Positions 1-10,240 of a stretch of DNA of 64,000 nucleotides are shown here, one piece after another (position 1 is the first letter of the stretch; each line of letters opens with the position of its first letter). The translations under genes were made by a program, and so were the position numbers. The notes under the pieces were generated by a model. It did no database searches, had not been told where the DNA came from, and saw only the letters and a program-made list of their open reading frames with translations. The stretch spans positions 124,001 to 188,000 of IMG/VR virus record IMGVR_UViG_3300044591_002232, one strand, 5' to 3'.

Positions 1-1
1 T

Positions 2-1918
2 GATGACGACAATCTGGTTACTGCGAATGCAATTCGCAATGCTGCTGGTGTTTCTACTGCCGGAGAACCGACTCTAAAAATCAAAAACTTTGATGATTAT
101 GAACTAAATTATGATGATGATCTGGCCAACTACGTCTTTGCTGCCAAGACTCCTGGTACTTGGGCAAATGGCCTAAAAGTTTGTGTGATTGATGACAAAG
201 CTGACCAAATTCTGACTGTAAACTCTTCTACCAGATCTGCCGCATCAGTTGGTTTTGGTGTAACAGTTGCTCTTACTAATCAGGTCATTGCCGGAGCCGG
301 GTCAACTAGCCTCTTTAATGGCCACCTGAAGGGTATTATTACCGGAGTTGGGGCTTCCACTCTTGACGTAAAAATCACCTCGGTTGTTGCCTCTGGTACT
401 ACTGTAGATATCCCAGTAACTTATCAGCAAAGAAATCAGGCGGCTTCTATTCTGGCTGGCAATACCATTTCAGTTGTAAACAGCTCAGGTTCTGCTACCA
501 CTACTCATACTCTTGCTGCTAGTTCAGTAAAAGACTGGTATGATGAGCAATTCCTTGAGCTGGATAATAGCCGAATTCTATGGAGTTCTATTGCTCCTAA
601 ACCAACCACTACTCAGTTTGCCCTAGAGCGTAGTGCCAAAAATGATTCCATTCATGTTGCCATTGTTGACGATAGCGGTAGCGTAACCGGAATTCAAGGT
701 AATCTGATAGAGAAGCATCTGTTCCTCTCCAAGGCATCTGATGCAATTTCTGCAGTAAATCCTGCGCAGAAGAATTTCTGGAAGATTTACATCGCCCAGT
801 TCTCCAATTATGTTTATGCTGGCGATAACCCTTCAGACAATTCTAATCCAAATGAAGTAGTAGTACAAACTGGATTTGCCTCTGGTTTTACTGGTCTTTC
901 CACTTCACAGGGTCAATGGAATCTTCCTGCCCAAGACAAGACCTTCAGCGCCCTAGGAAACGTTACTTACAATCTCTCTGGTGGTAAGAACTACACACCA
1001 ACTGATGGCTACACCGCAACTCTGGGTGGTCTTGTTAGTGCATATCGCCTCTTCTCTAACCGAGATGAAATTGAGGTTGATTATCTAATTATGGGTCCTG
1101 GTCTTGGTAATAAATTTGAATCACAGGCAAAGGCCCAAGAACTGATTTCAATTGCGAATAATCGTAAGGATTGTATTGCAGTGATTTCTCCTCATCGGGG
1201 CGATGTAGTAGACATCAGTGACTCAAATCAGCAAACCGATGAGATTATTGAGTTCTTCTCCCCATTGAGTTCTTCTTCCTATGCTGTTTTTGATAGCGGT
1301 TATAAGTACACCTTTGATCGTTTCAATAACAAGTTCCGTTACATTCCTTGCAATGCTGACGTTGCAGGTCTAATGGTAAGAACCGCGATTGAACTTTATC
1401 CTTGGTTCTCTCCTGCTGGTCAGCAAAGAGGTATCCTAAACAATGCTATCAAACTGGCCTACAATCCAAACAAGGCCCAGAGAGATCGTTTGTATCCTCT
1501 ACGGATCAATTCCATTGTAAACCAGCCTGGTATCGGGGCTCTTCTGTTTGGTGACAGAACTGCTCTTGGATTTGCCTCAGCATTTGATCGTATCAATGTC
1601 AGAAAGCTATTCCTTACTGTTGAAAAGGCTCTTGAAAGAACTGCTCAGGCTCAACTCTTTGAGCTGAATGATGCCATTACCAGAGCAAACTTTATCAATA
1701 TTGTTGAGCCCTATCTAAGGGATGTTCAGGCAAAACGAGGTCTGATTGATTTCCGGGTGATCTGTGACGAAACTAATAACACTCCAGATGTTATTGATAA
1801 TAATGAATTTAGAGCAGACATTTTCCTAAAGCCCACCAAGTCTATCAACTATGTAACTCTTACATTCGTTGCTACTAGAACTGGGGTTAGCTTTGAAGAA
1901 GTGACTGGACGAGTTTAA
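2..1918 (+). CDS. gp18: Contractile tail sheath protein (5'-partial; frame is open from the window edge)
   Basis: C-terminal sheath motifs PWFSPAG..RG, DRINVRKLF, FRADIFLKPTKSINYVTLTF; frame 2 has no stop from nt 2 to the track start at 185. Confidence 0.95.
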   Translation, partial: DDDNLVTANAIRNAAGVSTAGEPTLKIKNFDDYELNYDDDLANYVFAAKTPGTWANGLKVCVIDDKADQILTVNSSTRSAASVGFGVTVALTNQVIAGAGSTSLFNGHLKGIITGVGASTLDVKITSVVASGTTVDIPVTYQQRNQAASILAGNTISVVNSSGSATTTHTLAASSVKDWYDEQFLELDNSRILWSSIAPKPTTTQFALERSAKNDSIHVAIVDDSGSVTGIQGNLIEKHLFLSKASDAISAVNPAQKNFWKIYIAQFSNYVYAGDNPSDNSNPNEVVVQTGFASGFTGLSTSQGQWNLPAQDKTFSALGNVTYNLSGGKNYTPTDGYTATLGGLVSAYRLFSNRDEIEVDYLIMGPGLGNKFESQAKAQELISIANNRKDCIAVISPHRGDVVDISDSNQQTDEIIEFFSPLSSSSYAVFDSGYKYTFDRFNNKFRYIPCNADVAGLMVRTAIELYPWFSPAGQQRGILNNAIKLAYNPNKAQRDRLYPLRINSIVNQPGIGALLFGDRTALGFASAFDRINVRKLFLTVEKALERTAQAQLFELNDAITRANFINIVEPYLRDVQAKRGLIDFRVICDETNNTPDVIDNNEFRADIFLKPTKSINYVTLTFVATRTGVSFEEVTGRV

Positions 1919-1953
1919 TTATAAACCCATTAACTTAAGGAGGATTTTCTAAA

Positions 1954-2574
1954 ATGTCTACTTTACGCACAATCAACGGTTTTAAATCAGCCCTAAAAGG
2001 TGGTGGTGCTCGCCCTAATCTGTTTGAGGTTGAAATTCCAAGTTTTCCAAATTCCCTTAGTGGTATTTGGGGAACAGAGGAAAAAACATCCTTTAAATTT
2101 CTTTGTGATGCAACCTCAATGCCAGCATCAAATATTGATCCAATCAATATTCCTTTCAGGGGTCGTATTATGAAAGTGGCCGGAGACCGTACTATTGATA
2201 TCTGGTCAGTAACCGTAATCAACGATGAGGACTTCAGGCTCCGTTCTGCATTTGAACTCTGGGCTAATCTAATCAACAAACTTGAAAATGCAACTGGTGC
2301 TACTTCACCAAATGCTTATATGGTTGATGCCTTGGTCCATCAACTTGGTCGGGGTTCTACTAGTTTTTCTGATACTGCTAGTACTGCCCAAAATAATAGT
2401 TCTCTTACTCCACTAAGAACCTATAAAATGTATGATATTTGGCCTTCCAATGTATCAGCAATTGATCTATCTTATGGAACCAACAATGAAATCGAGCGGT
2501 TTACTGTCGATTTCCAAGTAAACTGGTGGGAAGCCGGTAGTCCAGCAGATCAGGCAAACAGGCCAATTAAGTAA
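1954..2574 (+). CDS. gp19: Tail tube protein
   Basis: GGGARPNLFEVEI, FRGRIMKVAGDRT, WPSNVSAIDLSY motifs; follows gp18. Confidence 0.93.
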   Translation: MSTLRTINGFKSALKGGGARPNLFEVEIPSFPNSLSGIWGTEEKTSFKFLCDATSMPASNIDPINIPFRGRIMKVAGDRTIDIWSVTVINDEDFRLRSAFELWANLINKLENATGATSPNAYMVDALVHQLGRGSTSFSDTASTAQNNSSLTPLRTYKMYDIWPSNVSAIDLSYGTNNEIERFTVDFQVNWWEAGSPADQANRPIK

Positions 2575-2575
2575 C

Positions 2576-2582
2576 CTAAATA
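2576..2582 (+). promoter_or_regulatory. T4-type late promoter CTAAATA (representative; others at 4281, 10480, 11761, 16211, 25762, 29204, 36817, 38662, 47241, 50250, 59186)
   Basis: (C/A)TAAATA recurs about 20-50 nt upstream of late genes; resembles the T4 gp55-dependent TATAAATA. Confidence 0.75.
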
Positions 2583-2604
2583 GGGTGATCTTAAAATTTA
2601 AATT

Positions 2605-4284
2605 ATGGCAAAGTTATTTGGTTTCTCAATTAATGATCGCACCGAATTAACCCCAAGTACAATCTCCCCCGTTCCTCAAAATGCCGAGGACGGGGCAGAT
2701 TATTATCTAACGTCTGGGTTTTTTGGCTCTTATGTTGATATTGAGGGTGTTTATAGAAACGAATTTGAATTAATCAAACGTTATCGAGAAATGGCACTTC
2801 ACCCAGAGGTGGACGAGGCCATTGAAGATATTGTAAATGAGGCAATTGTTTCTGATACTTATGACAGTCCGGTTCAGATTGAATTGTCTAATCTAAATGC
2901 TAGTGATGGTATTAAGACAAAAATCAGAGAGGAATTTAAACACGTTCTAAAACTTCTTGATTTTGATAAAAAATGTCATGAGATTTATAGAAATTGGTAT
3001 GTTGATGGTAGACTTTATTACCATAAGGTTATTGATCTTAAAAAACCAGAACTAGGAATTCAAGAACTTCGGTATATTGACAGCCTGAAGATGAGGTATA
3101 TCCGAAAGGCCAAGCAAGATAAGAGTAATAATAGAATTCTTCAGCACGATCCTAGAAATAGTGATCCAATGACTTATAAGTTCCCCGAAATGGAGGAATA
3201 TTTTCTTTATAGTCCAAGACCATCTTATCCAAATTCTGGAACCAATATTTCTTCAGCAAGAAATGATAATGATGGTGAAATTAAACTAGCCAAAGATAGT
3301 GTAACTTTTTGTACTTCTGGTCTGATTGATCGCAATAAAAATATTACTCTTTCTTATCTCAATAAGGCAATTAAATCTCTTAATCAACTTAGAATGATTG
3401 AGGATAGTATTGTAATTTATCGAATGGTTAGAGGGACCGAGAGAAGAATTTTCTATATTGATGTGGGTAATATGCCCAAAGTCAAGGCCGAGCAGTATCT
3501 CAGAGAAACAATGATGAGATACCGAAATAAGATGAATTATAATATTGAAACCGGAGAAGTTTCAAACGACAGAAGATTCCAGAGTCTTATGGATGATTAT
3601 TGGCTTCCAAGACGAGAAGGTGGAAGAGGAACTGAGGTAACTACTCTCCCTGGATCACAGAATCTTGGAGAACTAACTGACCTTAATTATTTCCAGAGAA
3701 AACTTTATAAGTCATTGAATGTTCCGTCCTCAAGAATTGATGGTGAAAGTGGTTTTAACCTAGGTAGGTCTTCAGAAATTCTCAGAGACGAAGTTAAGTT
3801 TTCAAAGTTTGTGGGGAGACTTAGAAAACGATTCTCTAGGTTGTTTGTGGACCTCCTAAGAACTCAATTGATTCTTAAGAATATTATTACTCCAGAAGAT
3901 TGGGCCGAGATGAGTGAGCATATTCAATTTGATTTCCTTTATGATAATCATTTTGCAGAACTCAAAGAATCTGAGCTTCTCACCGAAAGACTGAATATGG
4001 TCTCAATGGCCGAGCCTTATATTGGAAGATTTTATTCCCAGGATTATGTTAGAAGGAAAGTTCTTAGACAGACTGATGAAGAAATTGTTGAACAAGATGC
4101 TCTGATTCAAAAGGAAATTGAGACCGGAGTTATCCCAGATCCTTCTATTCCTATTGATCCAGAAACCGGGCAGCCTCTCGCAGAACCACCACCAGAGGAA
4201 ATTGAAGGTGATATGGGTAAGGTTCCAACAGAACCAGAAGTCAAAACAAAGGCAGTAGAAATGCCAAAAGGTGGCGACATCTAA
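2605..4284 (+). CDS. gp20: Portal vertex protein
   Basis: YREMALHPEVDEAIEDIVNEA, NQLRMIEDSIVIYR, RRIFYIDVGNMPK, DDYWLPRREGGRGTEVTTLPG. Confidence 0.97.
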   Translation: MAKLFGFSINDRTELTPSTISPVPQNAEDGADYYLTSGFFGSYVDIEGVYRNEFELIKRYREMALHPEVDEAIEDIVNEAIVSDTYDSPVQIELSNLNASDGIKTKIREEFKHVLKLLDFDKKCHEIYRNWYVDGRLYYHKVIDLKKPELGIQELRYIDSLKMRYIRKAKQDKSNNRILQHDPRNSDPMTYKFPEMEEYFLYSPRPSYPNSGTNISSARNDNDGEIKLAKDSVTFCTSGLIDRNKNITLSYLNKAIKSLNQLRMIEDSIVIYRMVRGTERRIFYIDVGNMPKVKAEQYLRETMMRYRNKMNYNIETGEVSNDRRFQSLMDDYWLPRREGGRGTEVTTLPGSQNLGELTDLNYFQRKLYKSLNVPSSRIDGESGFNLGRSSEILRDEVKFSKFVGRLRKRFSRLFVDLLRTQLILKNIITPEDWAEMSEHIQFDFLYDNHFAELKESELLTERLNMVSMAEPYIGRFYSQDYVRRKVLRQTDEEIVEQDALIQKEIETGVIPDPSIPIDPETGQPLAEPPPEEIEGDMGKVPTEPEVKTKAVEMPKGGDI

Positions 4285-4310
4285 ATAGTAGCAGTTCATT
4301 ATAAACAACC

Positions 4311-4460
4311 ATGGAAGAACTAATTAATGCCATTATTGAGGATGAATCTCCTTCTGCTATCAGCGATGCAATCAAAAATATTCTTTCTGTCAAGGCAGTA
4401 GAAAAAATTGATGAATACCGGCCAGAAGTTGCTGCTAGTATGTTTAACGTAAATGAGTGA
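4311..4460 (+). CDS. Small conserved head-region protein (49 aa, MEELINAIIEDESPSAISDAIK...)
   Basis: Read by eye; follows late promoter at 4281; resembles the small ORF found after gp20 in cyanomyoviruses. Confidence 0.7.
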   Translation: MEELINAIIEDESPSAISDAIKNILSVKAVEKIDEYRPEVAASMFNVNE

Positions 4461-5112
4461 TCTTTCAGATTTCTTTAAACTAGTATCTGAAGAAAAAAGA
4501 AAGGCCAAGGAGGAATTGGATGAATTAATATCCAATTCCTTTGAAGAATCTTTTGTTAAACCCCTAATCGAACAGAAATCTAGACCAAAAAAGAAGAAAA
4601 AAGAAGAGACATCTTTTGGTCAACCAACTCTCATTCAAAAATCCCTGGGGCTTCTTGCGGAACCAATTAAAACAAATAATTCTGATCCGTTAACTCCTCT
4701 TAATCAAAACTTTCTTACTCTAGAAGAATTCCAAAAGCACTATAAGATCTTTATTGATCGGGTTCAACAACAGCTCTCTACCCTAGGTGGAGGTGGTGAA
4801 ACTAATCTGACTTTTATGGATGTTCCAATGACATCCGTAACTTCTTCTTTTTATCAAATAGTTCCACAAGACTATTATATTGGAGTAAATTTCTCAGGTG
4901 CAGTAACAATTGTACTTCCTAAAGCCGAAAGAGAGGGGAAGATTTTTGTTGTAAAGGACGAGTTAGGAGAAGCATCCAAAGGAACCAATCGATACATCAC
5001 TATTTTACCATCAAGTTCAGATTTAATTGATGGAAGAGATCAGGCAATTCTTGCTTATAATTTTGGATCTCTTACCTTCATTTGGAGAAATAATTCTTGG
5101 AGAGTCATCTAA
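4453..5112 (+). CDS. Hypothetical protein with C-terminal beta-rich domain (DYYIGVN...VTIVLP...FVVKDELG), possibly virion-associated
   Basis: ORF track; overlaps stop of upstream ORF. Confidence 0.6.
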   Translation: MSDLSDFFKLVSEEKRKAKEELDELISNSFEESFVKPLIEQKSRPKKKKKEETSFGQPTLIQKSLGLLAEPIKTNNSDPLTPLNQNFLTLEEFQKHYKIFIDRVQQQLSTLGGGGETNLTFMDVPMTSVTSSFYQIVPQDYYIGVNFSGAVTIVLPKAEREGKIFVVKDELGEASKGTNRYITILPSSSDLIDGRDQAILAYNFGSLTFIWRNNSWRVI

Positions 5113-6369
5113 ATGTCACACCTTTATGAACCATATAAACCTCAAGATGATGCTTTTGGTAGGGCAAGAGTTTCTGAGCCATTTACCCTAGGTGATTATA
5201 AACATCTTTATTCAATTGATCCAGATTTTATTGATGTTTATTCTGGAATCGGCGCCACATTGACTTTTAACGTCAACCAGGCAGCCGCGAATCTTCAATC
5301 TGGTATTTCTACTAATGGTTATACAATTCATCAGACAAAAAGATATCATCATTATATGCCAGGTAAATCTCAATTGATTTACTCCTCTTTTAACTTTGGA
5401 CAACCTCAACAAAATGTAATCAAGAGGACCGGTTATTTTGATGATAGGGACGGAATTTATTTTGAACAGGATCAAAATGGAAATCTTAATTTTGTAATTC
5501 GTTCTTTTGTTAATGCCGGTATTGGTAATTCGGAAAGAAGAATTCCACAATCTCAATGGAACAAAGATCAACTTGATGGAAGTGGCGTCTCTGGATTTGA
5601 TTTAGACATTACAAAAACTCAACTTTTCTTTACCGATTTTGAATGGCTTGGTGTTGGTAGAGTTCGTTGTGGATTTAGTCTTGATGGTAAGAATATTGTT
5701 GCACATGAATTTTATAATTCTAATAATGTTGATACCGTTTACATGTCAAATCCCAATCTCCCAGTAAGATGTGAAATTAGAAACACTGGAACTCAAGTTG
5801 GTGCTGGGGGGTCTTTTATCCAAATTTGCTCTACTGTGATGAGTGAGGGTGGTTATACAGAGGCTGGAAGAGAATTTTCTCATGCAACTTCTTTAAGATC
5901 TGTTGGTGTTGGATCAACAGTTCCTGTTCTGGCAATTAAACTTAAAAATTCTTTTAAAGGTTATCCAAATAGAGCTACGGTAAAATTAGAGGATATTTCA
6001 GTTTTTAGTGTTGGATCAAATATAAAGTATGAGGTAGTAAAAATTAATAGTGCCGTGGGTTTGAGTACAACCGGGACCTGGATTTCTGAACACCCCGAAT
6101 CTGTTGTTGAATACAACCAAACTGCAACCGGAGTTGGAACAACTCTATTTGAGGATTTTATGAGTGGATATGCTTCTGGTGACAGTCAAAATGTAAATAA
6201 ACCAGCCGCAACTTCTTCTAACATTCAATCTGGCCCCACATCAAAGAAAAATTTCTTGTCTCAGAATTATAATTCAACCAATTCTGAGATTTTTTCTGTA
6301 ATAGTTACCAATATTGGTTCTAATTCAACAAATGTTGGTGTTTCTTTGAGGTGGAAAGAGATTTATTGA
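5113..6369 (+). CDS. Hypothetical virion/structural protein, beta-sandwich rich
   Basis: 418 aa ORF, G/S/T rich, translationally coupled in late region. Confidence 0.6.
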   Translation: MSHLYEPYKPQDDAFGRARVSEPFTLGDYKHLYSIDPDFIDVYSGIGATLTFNVNQAAANLQSGISTNGYTIHQTKRYHHYMPGKSQLIYSSFNFGQPQQNVIKRTGYFDDRDGIYFEQDQNGNLNFVIRSFVNAGIGNSERRIPQSQWNKDQLDGSGVSGFDLDITKTQLFFTDFEWLGVGRVRCGFSLDGKNIVAHEFYNSNNVDTVYMSNPNLPVRCEIRNTGTQVGAGGSFIQICSTVMSEGGYTEAGREFSHATSLRSVGVGSTVPVLAIKLKNSFKGYPNRATVKLEDISVFSVGSNIKYEVVKINSAVGLSTTGTWISEHPESVVEYNQTATGVGTTLFEDFMSGYASGDSQNVNKPAATSSNIQSGPTSKKNFLSQNYNSTNSEIFSVIVTNIGSNSTNVGVSLRWKEIY

Positions 6370-6410
6370 CTAAATAGTTTTAATAAATAACTAAAGAAAC
6401 CCCGTTAAAA

Positions 6411-6746
6411 ATGTCGCTTCTTGATAAAAAATCCTCAGTAAAATTAAATTCTGGACAACTTGTTCAGGGAGTTGCTGTAGTTGATAGTGACGGAAATCAA
6501 GTTACTTCATTTGGGGGTAGTGGAGGTGGTTCTACAACTGTCGGGGTAGTAACAGTTTCTAATACCGTTTCTAATCCAGTTCCGGTTATTTCTGGATTAA
6601 ATATTCCAAACCACAATAGAGTATCCCTTGCATATTCGGGATCTAATTTAGTTGGTGTTGCATACAGTTTTAATAATGTCGGTGTTGCTACTTTAACTCT
6701 TTCTTATGATGGGAGTAATAACCTTATTTCGGTCGTTAGGAGCTGA
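6411..6746 (+). CDS. Hypothetical protein, G/S/V rich
   Basis: ORF track; preceded by CTAAATA near 6370. Confidence 0.55.
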   Translation: MSLLDKKSSVKLNSGQLVQGVAVVDSDGNQVTSFGGSGGGSTTVGVVTVSNTVSNPVPVISGLNIPNHNRVSLAYSGSNLVGVAYSFNNVGVATLTLSYDGSNNLISVVRS

Positions 6747-6751
6747 TTTTT

Positions 6752-7450
6752 ATGCAATATAAGTTCAACCCATTTACTGGAACCCTGGATGCGGCTGGCG
6801 GCGGCAACCCTGCTGGCAGTAGTGGCGACATTCAGCTAAACCTGGATGGCGCCTTCGGTGCTGTTTCCAGTTTTCGCTGGATTACTGGTGAATTGCAGGT
6901 TCCGGGTGACATCAAACTTGATGACGGCGGCGGCTTTACTACAACAATTCAGCAAGTAACGCCGACCAAGAACAACGTCATCTCATTCCCCGATCAGACG
7001 GGGACTGTGGCCTTGGTGGGCGGCTCTACTGGGCAGGTTCTCTACAACCTGAACGGTGCTCTTGCTGGCACTGACACTATCTTCAATGCCACGACTGGCA
7101 CCCGGTTCACGCTGCCATTCGGCTACGGGATCGGCGCTGGAGGCACGCAGACCCAGGCTACCAGCAAGAGCACTGGGGTGACGCTGGACACCCGCTGCGG
7201 GCAGGTAACGATGAATGCGGCTGAGCTGACAGCCAACACGGCGGTGTCGTTCACGCTCACCAACAGCCAGATCACGGCGACCGACCTGATCATCATCAAC
7301 CACGTTTCAGGCGGCACGACCGGGGCGTACATGTTCGGTGCCCGAGCGGCTGCTGGTTCGGCCACGATCACCGTGCGGAACGTGACTGCTGGGGCTCTGA
7401 GCGAAGCGGTTGTGATCGCTTTTGCAGTAGTAAAAGCCACTACTAACTGA
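6752..7450 (+). CDS. Tail fibre/adhesin-like protein; start of GC-rich island
   Basis: G/T/A-rich beta-structure sequence; base composition shifts to GC-rich shortly after the start codon. Confidence 0.55.
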   Translation: MQYKFNPFTGTLDAAGGGNPAGSSGDIQLNLDGAFGAVSSFRWITGELQVPGDIKLDDGGGFTTTIQQVTPTKNNVISFPDQTGTVALVGGSTGQVLYNLNGALAGTDTIFNATTGTRFTLPFGYGIGAGGTQTQATSKSTGVTLDTRCGQVTMNAAELTANTAVSFTLTNSQITATDLIIINHVSGGTTGAYMFGARAAAGSATITVRNVTAGALSEAVVIAFAVVKATTN

Positions 7451-7464
7451 GGAGATCACCACCC

Positions 7465-7869
7465 ATGGCTTCATTCACTGTCGAGATTCCCGATTATCTG
7501 CTTCCGGCCCTGGTGGCAGAGTTCAGTCTGGTGCAGGGCAAGGTGCCTGCGGCAACGCCTGAGGAGTATTTCAAGGCGAGCGTGGTGGAAATCATCCGCC
7601 AGCGTGCCGAGATCTACAAAGTTGGGCCGTACTTCGTCGGTGCGGTTGACCCGCAGTTCAATCAGGACGGGACACCGTATGGCTGGGCGCCGCCGCCTGA
7701 GCGGCCTGCGGCACTCACTGTCGGTCAGACATGGATTGATGGCAGCGGGCAGGAGTGGACGGTGGTGCAGGCCATTAACCCTGACGGCACGTTTGCTGCA
7801 GATGATCCTGAAACGCCCGAGCGCGAGTCTCTGGCCTGGGTGCAGACGGATGGAGGTGGCGACGGATGA
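7465..7869 (+). CDS. Hypothetical protein (GC-rich island)
   Basis: ORF with GAGGAG RBS upstream; overlaps next start. Confidence 0.6.
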   Translation: MASFTVEIPDYLLPALVAEFSLVQGKVPAATPEEYFKASVVEIIRQRAEIYKVGPYFVGAVDPQFNQDGTPYGWAPPPERPAALTVGQTWIDGSGQEWTVVQAINPDGTFAADDPETPERESLAWVQTDGGGDG

Positions 7870-8654
7870 CGTTGATATGGCGCCCAGGCTACATAACAAC
7901 ATTTGCTGATCCTGATGTTCAGTCGTATTTGACAAGGGTAGAGGAGGCCGATAATCAGGGATTGGAATACCCCGTGGCGGTGGCGATTGATGAGTTTATT
8001 AGGGGCTGCAAGGCTGATGGGATCTGGAGCGCTATCAAGGCGAGTTGCATCATGGCCGGCGCCCGCACGCTGGCCGGTGCGCTGGTGCCGCTGGTGGGGC
8101 CTGCGCCGACAAATATTGGTTTTGTGGCGGGGGATTACAACAGGAAGACGGGGTTGGTGGGGGGTGGCTCCGTTAAGGCGCTTAACAGCAATAGGGCTCG
8201 TAGTGCCGACCCGATCGACTCTTTCCACGCTTCCCTGTATTTAAGCACTACTGGCGGTAACGCTCTGTTTGGGTTGGCCAATGACGGCCAATTTGATCAA
8301 ATGCTTGCCGTTAATAGCAGCACGGGCACTTCTTTTAGGGGCAGAATTGTAGCTATTGACAACAGGGTAACTGGCTTTGTTGGGGCCAGCAATACTGCCG
8401 CTGCCTTAACGGCAAGAGCGAACGGCACCAATTCAACCAATACAGGCGCAATGTACGGGGCTTTTGCTAACTCAGGCAAATACTATGTATTTGCCCGAAA
8501 TACTGGAACAGGCGACGCTGATGGGGTCGTTAGTAGCGGCTCTCCTACTTTCAGCCGTCTCGCCTTCTACAGCATAGGCGAATCCCTAAACCTCGCCCTG
8601 CTGGATGCCCGCATCACCACCCTAATCAACAGATTCGCAGTCGTAATACCATGA
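7866..8654 (+). CDS. Hypothetical virion-like protein, paralog A
   Basis: Shares GCKADGIWSAIKASC..AGARTLAGALVPLVGPAPTN and RLAFYSIGESLNLALLDARITTLIN with 8651-9445. Confidence 0.7.
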   Translation: MTLIWRPGYITTFADPDVQSYLTRVEEADNQGLEYPVAVAIDEFIRGCKADGIWSAIKASCIMAGARTLAGALVPLVGPAPTNIGFVAGDYNRKTGLVGGGSVKALNSNRARSADPIDSFHASLYLSTTGGNALFGLANDGQFDQMLAVNSSTGTSFRGRIVAIDNRVTGFVGASNTAAALTARANGTNSTNTGAMYGAFANSGKYYVFARNTGTGDADGVVSSGSPTFSRLAFYSIGESLNLALLDARITTLINRFAVVIP

Positions 8655-9445
8655 GCCCAATTTACACTCCAGGAAAGTTAATACTTCGCCGGACGTATAT
8701 TGGCCTGGACGACCCTGACGCTGCGGCATACATCACAGCGGTCGAGATTGCAGATGGTCAGCCCTTGGAGATTGAGGTTCGGGTGGCAGTTCATTCGTTT
8801 GTAAAAGGCTGCAAGGCGGATGGCATCTGGAGCGCGATCAAAGCCTCCTGCATCCTTGCCGGCGCCCGCACACTGGCCGGTGCGTTGGTGCCGCTGGTGG
8901 GGCCTGCGCCGACGAATTTTAATTTCGTGGCTGGTGACTACAACCGCAAGACGGGGTTGGTGGGGAATGGGAGTACGAAGTATCTGGACAGCGGCAGGAA
9001 TAACAACGCTGATCCGCAAGATAGCAAGCATCTGGCAGTATTCAAATCAAGCAACGCAGGCAAGCTGGGGGGCCTCTTAGGCACTGCGTTGAACGCAAAT
9101 GGTACATCATGGATTTTTGAAGGTTTTAGTGGAGGCAGCGATACCTATCGAGTCAATACAAACCCTTCAATCATACTCTCCCTAGGATCTTATCCTGACA
9201 CGGGATTTATAGGCATTAACCGTTCGTCGTCGAGTAACTCAACGCGAAGGTATTCAGGGGCAACAATCTCTGATGCCAGCACCTCTCAAGCGCCATTAGC
9301 CGCAAATGCTCTGGTGTTTAGTGCCGCAGGCCAGCCAACCGACGCCCGCCTCGCCTTCTACTCCATCGGCGAATCCCTCAACCTCGCCCTGCTGGATGCC
9401 CGCATCACCACCCTAATCAACACGTTCGGAGCTGTTATCCCATGA
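8651..9445 (+). CDS. Hypothetical virion-like protein, paralog B
   Basis: Tandem paralog of 7866-8654; ATGA overlap. Confidence 0.7.
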   Translation: MSPIYTPGKLILRRTYIGLDDPDAAAYITAVEIADGQPLEIEVRVAVHSFVKGCKADGIWSAIKASCILAGARTLAGALVPLVGPAPTNFNFVAGDYNRKTGLVGNGSTKYLDSGRNNNADPQDSKHLAVFKSSNAGKLGGLLGTALNANGTSWIFEGFSGGSDTYRVNTNPSIILSLGSYPDTGFIGINRSSSSNSTRRYSGATISDASTSQAPLAANALVFSAAGQPTDARLAFYSIGESLNLALLDARITTLINTFGAVIP

Positions 9446-9515
9446 CCCATGTAATGAGCTATAGCAAACCAACCCCATTTTCCACTGCCTCTAACACTGC
9501 TGCGGAGGTAACACC

Positions 9516-10172
9516 ATGAGTTGGCTTATTACTGCCAAGCAGTACATTCCCGCCGTAATTGGCGAGCCATTCGGTGGCGGCTTCTTCGCTGGCTATATCA
9601 GCCACACTGCTGATGGCAACCCCACTCATGCGCTGATCGTGGCGCCTAGGGCTACTGGGGCGACGGGAACGGGTTATACGTTGACGACGCAGAGGCAGTG
9701 GAAGACAACAGACACAGCGACTGCAGGAGCGAACAGCGTATTTAATGGGGCAGCAAACACCGCTGCCATAGTGACGGCAGGCATCGCCGATCATCCTGCC
9801 GCGCAGTTCTGTGTTGGCTTAAGCATTGGTGGATTCACTGATTGGTACTTACCAGCAGTGGCTGAACTAAATATAGCTTATTTCAACCTCAAGCCAAACA
9901 CTAACTCAAACTTTACCGGTGCAGGATCTAACATATACGCCGTGCCAAGTCGCGGCAGTAATTTCACAGCAGGCAATCCGGCGCAAACGGCGCTAACAGC
10001 GTTTGTTAGCGGCGGGGAGCAATTCCAGTCGTCTGACCATTGGGCATCATCCGAAGCTAGTGCAACAAATGGCAATTACTATGGCTTCAACAGTGGGTTT
10101 CCAGGTAGCAGAGCAAAAACGACCTCAACCACGGCGGCGAACGTTCGCGCCTTCCGCCGCATCGCCCTCTAA
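9516..10172 (+). CDS. DUF1566/C-type-lectin-fold-like protein
   Basis: GGFTDWYLPAVAEL and C-terminal HWASSE...N...F..G....K....NVRAFRR pattern. Confidence 0.55.
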   Translation: MSWLITAKQYIPAVIGEPFGGGFFAGYISHTADGNPTHALIVAPRATGATGTGYTLTTQRQWKTTDTATAGANSVFNGAANTAAIVTAGIADHPAAQFCVGLSIGGFTDWYLPAVAELNIAYFNLKPNTNSNFTGAGSNIYAVPSRGSNFTAGNPAQTALTAFVSGGEQFQSSDHWASSEASATNGNYYGFNSGFPGSRAKTTSTTAANVRAFRRIAL

Positions 10173-10240
10173 CCCCCCCCGTAGTATCCCTCGGCCTTGA
10201 TGACCACCCTGCTTCAGATCCCCGAACGGATCAGGACCCC

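Noticed and set aside
7866-9445. Paralogous repeats as a DGR template/variable pair
   Set aside because: Mismatches are synonymous and not adenine-specific, both copies are coding, and no RT is in the window
6983-10200. Many overlapping alternative-frame and antisense ORFs in the GC island
   Set aside because: Expected from low stop-codon density at high GC; the coupled plus-strand ORFs explain the region
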